A program made the position numbers and the translations under genes. A stretch of 63,678 nucleotides of DNA, counting the filler, from Acidimicrobiia bacterium (GTDB lineage: Bacteria > Actinomycetota > Acidimicrobiia > Spongiisociales > SHLN01): the NCBI GenBank assembly GCA_041619515.1. It is 3 parts of 3 records of this genome, joined end to end, with 100 filler letters (N's around TTAATTAATTAA, not from the genome) between each part and the next. Parts side by side here need not be neighbours in the genome. Positions count along the whole stretch, not along the records: positions 44,025 to 63,678 come from JBFKDW010000056.1; 2 more parts are not named here. One strand, given 5' to 3'. The notes under the pieces are model-generated. The model did no database searches and was not told the DNA's origin. It saw only the letters and a program-made list of their open reading frames with translations. The first letter of the stretch is position 1. Each line of letters opens with the position of its first letter. Shown piece by piece: positions 54,797-63,528 of the stretch.

Positions 54797-54991
54797 GCGT
54801 GGATCGTATGCAGGCTAGGCCCGATCCCGGCGGCACACCACATCGCGAAAAGCAGATCAAGGGAGCGCGCCCCCGGCGTGCCGCCCTTCCCCGCAGGCCG
54901 GCGGATCGAATGGGCCCCGGCCCCGCCGAACACCGGCCGGCAGCCGCCGGCACCCGCGCCCCGCCAACCCCCTGGTACGCTCCCGGGGCTC

Positions 54992-56026
54992 ATGAAAGTC
55001 GACCAATACCTGCCGGCGGGCTCGGTGTCGGACGGGCCCCGCTACGCCATGTGGGCTGAATCGCTTGGGTTCGACGGATTGTTCACCGCCGAAACGGGGC
55101 ACGACCCGTTCCTCCCGATCGCGGCGGCGGCCGGCCACACGGAGTCCATCGACTTCGGGACGGCCATTGCGGTGGCGTTCGCCCGTACACCGATGACGGT
55201 TGCCTACACCGCCTGGGACCTCGCCGAAGCCACCGGCGGGCGATTCCTGCTGGGCCTGGGAACCCAGATCAGGCCTCACATCGTGCGGCGATTCAACATG
55301 CCGTGGTCCAGCCCCGGTCCCCGCATGCGGGAGTACATCGCCGCCCTCCGGGCCATCTGGAGCAGCTGGCAGACCGGTGGGCCCCTCTCTTTCGCAGGGG
55401 ATTTCTACGAATTCAGCCTCATGACCCCGTTCTTCTCCCCCCAGCCGATGGCCCACAGCCAGATTCCCGTCTATATCGCCGGCGTGGGCGAGTACATGTG
55501 CCGGGTGGCGGGAGAGGTGGCCGACGGTTTCCACGTCCATCCATTCCACACGCTGCGCTATCTCGACGAGATCGTGCTCCCCAATATGGAAGCCGGGGCG
55601 GCAAGCCGCGGGCGCCCGCTCGGCGAAGTCGACCTTGTGAGCAGCGCCATGGTCATCACCGGCCGCACCGAGCAAGAGCTGGCTGCCACCCGGGCGGCCA
55701 CCAAGCTGCAGATCGCCTTCTACGCCTCCACCCCCGCGTATCGCGGCATCCTCGATCTACACGAGTGGGACTTCGGCCCCGAGCTCACTGCCATGAGCAA
55801 GCGAGGAGAGTGGATGGCGATGGGCGACCTGATCCCCGACGAGGTGGTGGATGAGGTGGCGGTGACGGCTCCGCTGGCGACGCTCGGCGAAGCGGTCCGA
55901 GCCAAATACGACGGCTTGGTAGACCGGGTGGGGTTCTACTTCAGTGAGGTTCAGCTCGGTGGGCCGCCGCTGCTCAACGTCAGCGACGAGGAGTGGGCGA
56001 GGCTGGTGGCGGGGGTGCACGGGTGA
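54992..56026 (+). CDS. F420-dependent LLM-class oxidoreductase (TIGR03617-like)
   Basis: AETGHDPFL, IAVAFARTP, LGLGTQIRPHI, LMTPFF, HPFHT, FYASTPAY. Confidence 0.9.
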   Translation: MKVDQYLPAGSVSDGPRYAMWAESLGFDGLFTAETGHDPFLPIAAAAGHTESIDFGTAIAVAFARTPMTVAYTAWDLAEATGGRFLLGLGTQIRPHIVRRFNMPWSSPGPRMREYIAALRAIWSSWQTGGPLSFAGDFYEFSLMTPFFSPQPMAHSQIPVYIAGVGEYMCRVAGEVADGFHVHPFHTLRYLDEIVLPNMEAGAASRGRPLGEVDLVSSAMVITGRTEQELAATRAATKLQIAFYASTPAYRGILDLHEWDFGPELTAMSKRGEWMAMGDLIPDEVVDEVAVTAPLATLGEAVRAKYDGLVDRVGFYFSEVQLGGPPLLNVSDEEWARLVAGVHG

Positions 56027-56655
56027 CGCGAGTTCTCATCGTCCGCCACGGCGAGGCCGAAGGCAACCGGGAGCACCGGTTCATCGGACAATCCGACGTG
56101 CCCCTGACGGACACCGGACGCGCCCAGGTGGCCCTCCTCACCGAGCGGCTCGCCTCCGTCGCCATCACCACGGTGGTGGCCTCGGATCTGCGTCGGGCTG
56201 CCGAGACGGTTGCGCCGACCGCCGATCTCCTCGGGCTGGAAGTTCACCACGACAAGCGACTCCGCGAGATCGCCAACGGGGAGTGGGCCGACCTGGTTGC
56301 CGCCGAAGTCGCCGAGCGCTACCCCGAGCTGTGGGCACGGTACCGCAACGGCGAGGACGTCCAGCGGCCCGGTGGCGAATGCTGGACGGACGTGCAGGAG
56401 CGGGCGGTCGAAGCCATCGACGAGATCGTCACCGGCCTCGGCCCGGACGCAACCGTCCTGGTCGGCACCCATGCCGGACCGGCCCTGGGGATTCTGCGCT
56501 GGGCGGTGGGGCTCCCGCTGCGAGGCAACGTGTGGGCGGGCCCCTTCGGTCAACTGCACAACACGTCCATCAGCACCATCTCCCTTCCCGGCCCTCGCCT
56601 CCACACCGTCAACGACACGGGGCATCTGGGGACGCCGGAGGGCCTGTTCGTGTAA
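56023..56655 (+). CDS. Histidine phosphatase family protein
   Basis: VRHGE, SDLRRA.ET, LREI..GEW, THAG, NTSIS. Confidence 0.92.
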   Translation: MTRVLIVRHGEAEGNREHRFIGQSDVPLTDTGRAQVALLTERLASVAITTVVASDLRRAAETVAPTADLLGLEVHHDKRLREIANGEWADLVAAEVAERYPELWARYRNGEDVQRPGGECWTDVQERAVEAIDEIVTGLGPDATVLVGTHAGPALGILRWAVGLPLRGNVWAGPFGQLHNTSISTISLPGPRLHTVNDTGHLGTPEGLFV

Positions 56656-56710
56656 GACGTGCCCCGGCGCGAACCGGCGCCGGGCAGCAGGGAGCCGTAA
56701 CGGAGGACGG

Positions 56711-57331
56711 CTAGCGCATCAGCGCCGGGATGCGGCGGTTGAGCGCATCGAGCACGGCTCGCACTACCGCTTCGGCTTCGTCGCCTCTGACGAGAGCGCT
56801 CCCGACCGCCACCTGCTCTTCGACGCCCTTCATGCTCACCACCTGGGCTACCACGACCGGCCGGACCCCGACAGAGGTAGTGGCCACGGCCTCCAGCGCC
56901 AGCGGAGGGCCACCCCCGAGCACCTCTTCGAGTGCCCGGAGCGTTGCTTCGCCGATGATGCGCATTCGGGCCGAGGCAGCAGCGGGGCCGCTGGCCGAGC
57001 CGCCGAACTGCTCGCCGTTCCACGTCAGGGTCACGGTGACGGTGGTGCTCGGTCCTTCCGGATACTCCTTGATGGAGGTGATGACGGGTCGATCTGCCTC
57101 GCCCCGTCGCTTCTCCTCGCCGAGCTGGACCACCGAGACCGCCCGGCGGTCGATGCCGACCCCGAATCGGGCCATGGCCAGCGACTGGACGTCACGCACC
57201 ACCTGCTTGGCCGGCTTGGCGGGTGAGGCGAGCACGTGGACCTCGCTGATCCGGTCTCGATCGTGAACGATCCGCACCGCATCGACGGCGGGCAGCCGGC
57301 ACAGGGTCTCTTCGAGCTCTCGGAAGTCCAC
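56711..57331 (-). CDS. Conserved hypothetical cytoplasmic protein, divergent from the HD-GYP operon
   Basis: EVHVLA...KQVVRDVQS..A.FG..ID...SVVQL; C-terminal AVVRAVLDALNRR. GTG start with TACGCT upstream. Confidence 0.8.
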   Translation of the reverse strand: MDFRELEETLCRLPAVDAVRIVHDRDRISEVHVLASPAKPAKQVVRDVQSLAMARFGVGIDRRAVSVVQLGEEKRRGEADRPVITSIKEYPEGPSTTVTVTLTWNGEQFGGSASGPAAASARMRIIGEATLRALEEVLGGGPPLALEAVATTSVGVRPVVVAQVVSMKGVEEQVAVGSALVRGDEAEAVVRAVLDALNRRIPALMR

Positions 57332-57366
57332 GGCTACGTAGCGTAGCGGTGGCCCCACCTGGAATG

Positions 57367-57395
57367 TTGTCAACACGCGAAATCGGAACTAACTT
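57367..57395 (+). promoter_or_regulatory. Sigma70-type promoter TTGTCA-N17-TAACTT
   Basis: -35 at 57367-57372, exact 17-nt spacer, -10 at 57390-57395. The -35 lies inside the palindrome TGTTG-T-CAACA. Confidence 0.65.
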
Positions 57396-57401
57396 GATGG
57401 T

Positions 57402-57531
57402 GCTCCTTGTGAGCCTTCTGACTCCACCCTTGCGTTGAGGGTGGGGATCGGCGGCGGAGGACGGGCGCCTCTGTAATACGAAGGTTTCCTCGACTGTGGT
57501 CGAGGGAGGTGAAGGTGCCCGGGAGACGCCC
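57402..57531 (+). ncRNA. Candidate structured 5' leader or sRNA
   Basis: Stems 57422-57430/57438-57446, 57486-57494/57499-57507, and an enclosing 57463-57471/57523-57531, starting at the predicted TSS. Confidence 0.4.
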
Positions 57532-57611
57532 TATCAACCCAAGCGGAGCGCATCCTGCACGCGGCAAATTAGAGCTGCGCGCAAGGAATCAAACGATTGG
57601 GGAGATTTACT

Positions 57612-57701
57612 CTGAAAAACAAGGCCGTAAAGGCCATGATTGCCATTGGTGCACTGGCTACCGCCATCCTGGCGGGGGCCGCCAGTTTCTCAGTTGGCTG
57701 A
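57612..57701 (+). CDS. Small hydrophobic peptide, putative signalling-peptide precursor
   Basis: Manual translation: (M)KNKAVKAMIAIGALATAILAGAASFSVG*. CTG start 7 nt after GGGGAG; in-frame alternatives are TTG 57597 and ATG 57636. Too short for the ORF track. Confidence 0.65.
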   Translation: MKNKAVKAMIAIGALATAILAGAASFSVG

Positions 57702-57747
57702 CACGAGTAAGAAGCACGCAGCGTCCCCGGGCCACCCTCACCTGGTC

Positions 57748-59073
57748 ATGAACATCACGAATCGTTCCCGTGTCATCGTGGCCGGTCTCTACGGGCTGGC
57801 CGCCGGCCTGCTCCTGGCTCTGCTCGCTACCCGGACGGAGTTCCCGTTCCGGTGGGAGTGGCTCTTCTTCGGGGTGGCGTTTGGAGTCTTCCAGAGCCTG
57901 GCTGTGGAAGTGAACGATCGGTTGCGGGCCAGCCCTACGGTGATGATCGTGATGACGGCTGCCGTGGTGTTCGGGCGCGACAGCTCGGCGATCGGAGCGG
58001 CCACGATCGTGCTCTTCGGAGCGATCACTCCGATCGATCTGAAGGAACGGCGCTGGTTCCAGCCCGTTGTCAATGCCGGCCAGTTCGTGCTGTCGGCCGC
58101 CGTCGCCGGAGCCGTCATCGCGCTTGCGCTTCCGAGCGGGGAGCTCACCACTGCCGATATCGGGCGGGTGGCTGCCGGTTCGGCGATCGGCGCCGTCTTG
58201 TACGGAGCCACCAACCTCAGCCTCGTGACCCTCGCCGTCCGGGCCGTGTTTCGCAACCGCAACCTCAGGCCGTGGGCTCGCATGCGTTCCCTCGTTCCCT
58301 CGATGGCACTGATGGGAATGCTCGGGGGGCTCCTCGGCGCTACCTACCTGCTGGTCGGGCTGGTGACCCTGCCGCTGCTGTTCACGGTGTTCCTGGTCGG
58401 ACATCTGGCCATGCGTGCGGTGGCGCAGCTGCGGATGGCGCACGAGTCCACCCTGGCCGGCTTCATCAAGGCACTGGAGGGCAAGGACCTCTATACCAGG
58501 GGGCACACCGAGCGAGTCGCCTACTTCAGCCAGATCACCGCCGAGGAGATGGGTTTCCGGGGAGACGCCCTCGACCGGGTTCGGATCGCAGCCCTCATCC
58601 ACGACATCGGCAAGCTGGCGGTGCCTCGCACGCTCATCAGGAAGAAGGGACCGTTGAGCGAGGACGAATACGCCCTCATGCAGCGGCACGCCCATCTGGT
58701 AGAGGACATCCTTCACGAAGTCGAGTTCCTGGCGCCGATGGTCGAGATCGCCTCCGGCCACCACAGCCGGTTCGACGGCGGAGGGTACGGCGGTTCAGGT
58801 CATCGGAGGGGGGAGCCGCCGGCTCTCGAGAGCAGGATCCTGGCGGTCGCGGATGCGTTCGATGCCATGACCAGCACCCGGTCCTATCGCCTCGCTCTCA
58901 CCCAGGAGTATGCGATCGCCGAGCTCCGGCGCAGCGCCGGGAGCCAGTTCGACCCGGACTGTGTGGAAGCGTTCGTCCGGGCCCTGACGGCGACGGGTGA
59001 ACGGTACGGCTCGCCAACTCTGGAGGACGAGTCGGAGGCTCGCCGGCGGGCGGAGGGGGTACATGTTGCCTGA
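57748..59073 (+). CDS. Membrane-bound HD-GYP domain protein (c-di-GMP phosphodiesterase-like)
   Basis: 6-7 N-terminal TMs; KDLYTRGHTERV, IHDIGK, HHSRFDGGGYG, RILAVADAFDAMTS.RSYR, GSQFDP. Confidence 0.92.
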   Translation: MNITNRSRVIVAGLYGLAAGLLLALLATRTEFPFRWEWLFFGVAFGVFQSLAVEVNDRLRASPTVMIVMTAAVVFGRDSSAIGAATIVLFGAITPIDLKERRWFQPVVNAGQFVLSAAVAGAVIALALPSGELTTADIGRVAAGSAIGAVLYGATNLSLVTLAVRAVFRNRNLRPWARMRSLVPSMALMGMLGGLLGATYLLVGLVTLPLLFTVFLVGHLAMRAVAQLRMAHESTLAGFIKALEGKDLYTRGHTERVAYFSQITAEEMGFRGDALDRVRIAALIHDIGKLAVPRTLIRKKGPLSEDEYALMQRHAHLVEDILHEVEFLAPMVEIASGHHSRFDGGGYGGSGHRRGEPPALESRILAVADAFDAMTSTRSYRLALTQEYAIAELRRSAGSQFDPDCVEAFVRALTATGERYGSPTLEDESEARRRAEGVHVA

Positions 59074-60262
59074 ACGGGTGCTGCGACTCGGCGAGGGGTT
59101 GTTGTGGCTGCTGGGGCTGACCGCAGGGTTCGTTCTCGCAGCCGCCTCCAGCCGAACTGCCACCGAGCTGGCTGCCTGGGTGGCCGTGGTGGCAATCGCC
59201 GACCTCATCCGGGTCCCGAGCCCCAGCGGCGGCCGCATTTCCCTGGTGGGGGGCGCCGGGCTGGTGGGGGTGGTGCTCATCGAGGATGTGGCGACGCTGG
59301 CGGCAGTGTTCATCCTCGGGCTGGTGACCGCTCATCTTCTGGCCATCCGCAGGCCGGGCGACGATGAGGGAAGCGCACTGGCGCGCACGATTGCCGGGCT
59401 GGGAGTGCTGATTCTCGTCGAGCTCATGGACGAATGGCTCGAGGGGCGCTTCGACTTCGACATCCAGTGGGAACAGCTCGTGGTCATTCTCATCGCCGGC
59501 CTTGCCTGGTTCATCGCCGATGCCGCCGTCCGCATGATCGGCGCCTTCGGTGTCGGGCGGGCTTCGATCCGGTACGTGTGGCTGCTCACCCTCGAGGATT
59601 GGCCGGTCATGGTGAGCCTGTTCGCCTCGGCCGGCCTCTTTGCGCTGTCGCAGCCGGTGATCGGGTGGTGGGCCGTTCCGCTTGCAGCGGTGCCGTATGC
59701 CATCAGCCACGTGTCGTTCACGCTGCTGGCAGGGACCCGCCGTACCTACGGCCAGATGATCCGGGCGCTCTCTCGGCTGCCCGAGGTGGCCGGCCTTTCC
59801 CCCGATGGGCATGCGGCGGCGACGGCCATGCTGGCAGGGACGATGGGTCGGGGATTGGGGATGCATCCCGACGATGTCGTGCGGCTGGAATATGCCGCCC
59901 TCTTGCACGACATCGGTCGCATCACGGTGGAGGATGCCACCGAGGAGCCGGACTCGTCCGACCTGGCCCGCTGGGGAGCCGAGATCATTCGCCAATCGCC
60001 CTATCTCGCCTCCGTCGCCGACCACGTCGAGCAGCACGACTCCGCCTACCGGCGCCCGGGCGAGGGAGACGACGCCTCTGTCGGGCTGGAAGCCCGCATC
60101 ATCAAGGTCGCCGGCACCTACGACCGTGCCCGGCGGGTTCACGAGATGGAACCGATCGAGGCACTCGAGGTCCTGCACCGGCGCACCGCATACGATTTCG
60201 ATCCCGCGGTGGTGGCCCGCTTGCGGGCGGTGCTGCGCCGCAGCGGCCGGCTGAGCCTGTGA
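59063..60262 (+). CDS. Membrane-bound degenerate HD-GYP domain protein
   Basis: N-terminal TMs; GH and LHDIGR retained, but HHExxDGxGYP is replaced by QHDSAYRRPG and ADxFD by AGTYD. Confidence 0.88.
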   Translation: MLPERVLRLGEGLLWLLGLTAGFVLAAASSRTATELAAWVAVVAIADLIRVPSPSGGRISLVGGAGLVGVVLIEDVATLAAVFILGLVTAHLLAIRRPGDDEGSALARTIAGLGVLILVELMDEWLEGRFDFDIQWEQLVVILIAGLAWFIADAAVRMIGAFGVGRASIRYVWLLTLEDWPVMVSLFASAGLFALSQPVIGWWAVPLAAVPYAISHVSFTLLAGTRRTYGQMIRALSRLPEVAGLSPDGHAAATAMLAGTMGRGLGMHPDDVVRLEYAALLHDIGRITVEDATEEPDSSDLARWGAEIIRQSPYLASVADHVEQHDSAYRRPGEGDDASVGLEARIIKVAGTYDRARRVHEMEPIEALEVLHRRTAYDFDPAVVARLRAVLRRSGRLSL

Positions 60263-60302
60263 GGCCCGCCCGGCCGCAACTCGTGGGCCGGTCGCAGCCC
60301 GC

Positions 60303-60908
60303 CTAGACGGTGCTCGAGTCGCGTCGGCTGGCCGTTCCCCCTCCGGTTTCGTTCAACCCGTGCTTGAACCAGCGGACCGGACGGCGCATCTGATCCTCGA
60401 CGAACACGCCCAGGCCGATGGCGAGGAACACGTCGCCGAGTGAAACAACATTGCGGATCACCCGCACCGGTATCACGTCGCCGAGAAACGCCAATTGGGT
60501 GTTCTCGTCGAGCAGCACGTGCTTGGAGAGGGCGTCGAAGTCGACGGAGGTGATGTCACGGCCGAGGCCGAGGCTGGCGGCTTCCGGCAGGACGGGCATC
60601 CCACCGTTCACCGCGATGACGGTGAAGTTCATGAATACCCCGAGACCGACCAGCCACATCCCGGCCTCGTGGCGGTTGAGCCAGGCAATGGTGATCAGCG
60701 GTATGAACGACAGGATGACGAGCGTGACGGCCGCATCGTGCGACCAGGTGCGATCCGAGGGGAGGCGATCGGCCGCAACCTGCATGCCGAACCCGAGGAC
60801 CAGCAACGGCCAGGCGCGCAGTTTCATCTCCGAGAGGTTGAGCAGGCGCCCGCCACGCACCAGCGCCATCGCGATGGAAATCAGGAGAACAATTGCCAGC
60901 CACGCCAT
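60303..60908 (-). CDS. DUF5317-family membrane protein
   Basis: RGGRL.NL, G...NF.VIAVNGGMPV, KH, L.FLGDVI, SLGDV.LAIG. Confidence 0.82.
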   Translation of the reverse strand: MAWLAIVLLISIAMALVRGGRLLNLSEMKLRAWPLLVLGFGMQVAADRLPSDRTWSHDAAVTLVILSFIPLITIAWLNRHEAGMWLVGLGVFMNFTVIAVNGGMPVLPEAASLGLGRDITSVDFDALSKHVLLDENTQLAFLGDVIPVRVIRNVVSLGDVFLAIGLGVFVEDQMRRPVRWFKHGLNETGGGTASRRDSSTV

Positions 60909-60963
60909 GATCGAAACCGTACCAGACCCCGGGAGACATCCGAGACGGCGGTAGATTGCCCGC

Positions 60964-61575
60964 ATGGGTTTCTTCGATCGGCAGTCACAGGAGCTGACCA
61001 AGCGGGGTTTGGACCCGTCGCGACTCCCACCCGGGCAGTATTTCACGGACCGATTCCCGGTCCTTCATGCCGGGATCGTGCCCGACATCGACCCGGCCGA
61101 CTGGGTTTTCACCGTCGACGGTCTGGTCGGCCGGGAGCTGCGCTGGACCCTCGACGAGTTCAAGGCCCTCCCGGCCGTCGAGCTGACGGCCGACATCCAC
61201 TGTGTCACCAAGTGGAGCAAGTTCGACACCCGATGGCGGGGGGTTGCTACCACCGAGGTGGCACGTCTCGTCGAGCCGATGCCTGCGGCCACCCACGTGC
61301 TGGTCACAGCCGAGCACGGCTTCACGGCCAACTTGCCGCTGGAGGATTTCCTCCGGCCCGACAATCTGTTTGCGTACGAGTACGACGGCGAGGAGCTGGA
61401 GCTCGACCACGGCTGGCCGGTACGCCTGGTCGTTCCCCACCTCTACTTCTGGAAGTCGGTCAAGTGGGCGAGGGGCTTCACGCTGCTCGATCACGACGAA
61501 CCCGGGTTCTGGGAGCGCAACGGCTACCACATGTACGGCGACCCCTTCCAGGAGCAGCGGTACTGGGGGGATTGA
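60964..61575 (+). CDS. Sulfite oxidase-like molybdopterin oxidoreductase
   Basis: RLPPGQ, DIHCVTKWS, HGWPVRLVVP.LYFWKS.KW, GFWE.NGYH. Confidence 0.92.
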   Translation: MGFFDRQSQELTKRGLDPSRLPPGQYFTDRFPVLHAGIVPDIDPADWVFTVDGLVGRELRWTLDEFKALPAVELTADIHCVTKWSKFDTRWRGVATTEVARLVEPMPAATHVLVTAEHGFTANLPLEDFLRPDNLFAYEYDGEELELDHGWPVRLVVPHLYFWKSVKWARGFTLLDHDEPGFWERNGYHMYGDPFQEQRYWGD

Positions 61576-61581
61576 CGGCGG

Positions 61582-63405
61582 CTAGAGCCTCGCTCGCCAA
61601 CCCGGTACCGACAGGAGGCCGCTGCCGGTGGCGGCCCCGAGCTCGGCGGCCGGCTCGGCCAGGGCAGCGGTAGCGGAGAGGATCTCGCCTGCCAAGACCT
61701 TCTCGTCGTCGCGGCCGTCGCGGCTGAGGAGGGCCGCCAACGGGCTCCTCGGTTTCGGCGTGACCGATAGGCGATAGGGCTTGGCCGGATCCAGGCCGGC
61801 TTCCTGGCGAGCCAGGTCGACGGCGGTGCGGATCCCGCCCAGGGCGTCGACCAGCCCGAGCTCCAAACCGTCCGATCCCGCCCACACCCGGCCGCGGGCG
61901 ACGGCTTCGGCCTCGGCGAACGTCTTGCCTCGTCCCTCGGCCACCTTGGTGACGAAGTCCTCGTAGATGGCGTCCAGCAGGGCCTGAAACCGCTGGTTCT
62001 CGGAATCGGTGAACTCGAAGTCGGTGCCCATGAATCGGGCGTTTTCGCCTCTGGCGACATCGTCGAACGTGATGCCCGCCCGCGCCCACGCCTCGCGCGT
62101 GACGAGCTTGCCGGCGACCACGCCGATGGATCCGGTGAGGGTCCCGGGCTGGGCGACGATTCGGCTGCATCCGGCCGCCACGAAGTACCCGCCCGAAGCG
62201 GCCAGGTTCCCCATGGTGGCTACGACCGGCTTGCCGGCTTCGACGGCGCGGCGCGTCTCCCGCCAGATGGAGTCCGACGCCACCGCGGAGCCGCCCGGGC
62301 TGTCAATGCGAAACACGATCGCCTTGACCCGCTTGCTGTCGATGGCCGCCCGGAAGGCTTTCGCCATGTCGTCGGAGCCCATCGAGGGCTGACGCGTAAG
62401 GGGATCGAATCGGGAGGCTCCCTGGACGACGGCTCCCGTCCCGTAGATCAGGGCGATCGTAGGCCCCCGCCGGTGGGGACGGCGGGCCCGCTTCAGGTAG
62501 GTGGCGGCGTCGAGAGTGCGGGCACCGGCGCCCCAGCTGGACCGGATCCGCTCGTACACCTGATCCCGGTACAGGAGATCGTCGACCAGCCCCGCCTCTT
62601 TGGCCTCGGTTGCCAGCAGCGGTGCCCGGTCGATGAGGCTGCGGACGATGGCGGGGCTGAGGTTTCGCCCGGCGGCGATCCCGTCGATGAGCTGCTCGAA
62701 CTGGGCGGTCAGGTATTTGCCGGTTGCCTCCCGGTCGGGCTCGACCATGTGGTCCTCGGTGAGGAGGTACTTGGCGGCTTTGTATTCGTGCCGATGATCG
62801 AATTGGGGCGTGATGCCCAGCTTGTCGAAGAGCCCTCGCAGGTAGAACTTGCGGGCCACCAGGCCGGTCATGCCCATCTCACCGCCCGGCTGGAGGAACA
62901 GCTGATCACAGGACGAGCCGATGAGGACGGTTTCCAGCGAGCCGGATTTCACTTCACCGAACGTTTCGGCAAACGCGATCGCCGGTTTGCCGGCGGCGCT
63001 GAAGCCGGCAACGGCCGCGGCGATCTCCTGGGCGCGGGCGATGCCGGGGGAGTCTCCACCGATCCTCGCCACCAAACCGACTATCCGCTTGTCGGTCGAA
63101 GCCCGTTCCAGGCCTTCGACGATGTCCAGCAGGGGATACGCCTTGGCGGCTTCGGCCCGGGCGAGGGGCGAGGTTGGAACCTGCTCGACGATTCCGCGAT
63201 TGAAGTCGATCTCGAGGAGGGTGCGCCGCGGCACCCAGCTGCGGGTGAGCCGGACCCCCAACCAGGCCGCTCCCAGGGCGCTCGCCAGCCCGATGGCGGC
63301 CCACCCGTTGGATGCCACGCCGGCGGCCAACGCCGCCAGCGCCACCACCCCGGCAAGAGCGAGCAAGCCGGCCAGCGGCGGCAGTATCGAGCGCAACAGC
63401 TTCAT
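61582..63405 (-). CDS. sppA: Signal peptide peptidase SppA (67-kDa type)
   Basis: EYKAA (Lys), RIDSPGGS, NLAASGGY (Ser), TGSIGV, GRVWAG, GLVD.LGG. Confidence 0.93.
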   Translation of the reverse strand: MKLLRSILPPLAGLLALAGVVALAALAAGVASNGWAAIGLASALGAAWLGVRLTRSWVPRRTLLEIDFNRGIVEQVPTSPLARAEAAKAYPLLDIVEGLERASTDKRIVGLVARIGGDSPGIARAQEIAAAVAGFSAAGKPAIAFAETFGEVKSGSLETVLIGSSCDQLFLQPGGEMGMTGLVARKFYLRGLFDKLGITPQFDHRHEYKAAKYLLTEDHMVEPDREATGKYLTAQFEQLIDGIAAGRNLSPAIVRSLIDRAPLLATEAKEAGLVDDLLYRDQVYERIRSSWGAGARTLDAATYLKRARRPHRRGPTIALIYGTGAVVQGASRFDPLTRQPSMGSDDMAKAFRAAIDSKRVKAIVFRIDSPGGSAVASDSIWRETRRAVEAGKPVVATMGNLAASGGYFVAAGCSRIVAQPGTLTGSIGVVAGKLVTREAWARAGITFDDVARGENARFMGTDFEFTDSENQRFQALLDAIYEDFVTKVAEGRGKTFAEAEAVARGRVWAGSDGLELGLVDALGGIRTAVDLARQEAGLDPAKPYRLSVTPKPRSPLAALLSRDGRDDEKVLAGEILSATAALAEPAAELGAATGSGLLSVPGWRARL

Positions 63406-63528
63406 GTGCTGAGGCTAGGGGGTTCTTCCCGTGGACGTTATCGACAGCCGACCCGGTGACGGCTCCCTGGTCGGTTGGACGCCTCGAACGCCAAGATCGA
63501 TCAACCAGAGATCAGGGAGACGCTGCCG

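Noticed and set aside
57555..57590. GCAC..GGCAAA...CGCAAGG resembling a c-di-GMP-I (GEMM) riboswitch upstream of HD-GYP genes
   Set aside because: No P2 stem with a GNRA loop and no receptor or P3 helix can be formed; the similarity is only a few bases.
57699..57710. Possible UGA-Sec readthrough of the micro-peptide, or selenoproteins in the window
   Set aside because: TAA follows after two codons and no SECIS-like hairpin is evident. bcp and the sulfite-oxidase-like gene use Cys codons.
57509..57751. 80-aa ORF near a GGGAGGTG SD-like sequence
   Set aside because: Protein looks random and crosses the hairpins. The alternative-frame hydrophobic peptide is more protein-like. Not fully excluded.
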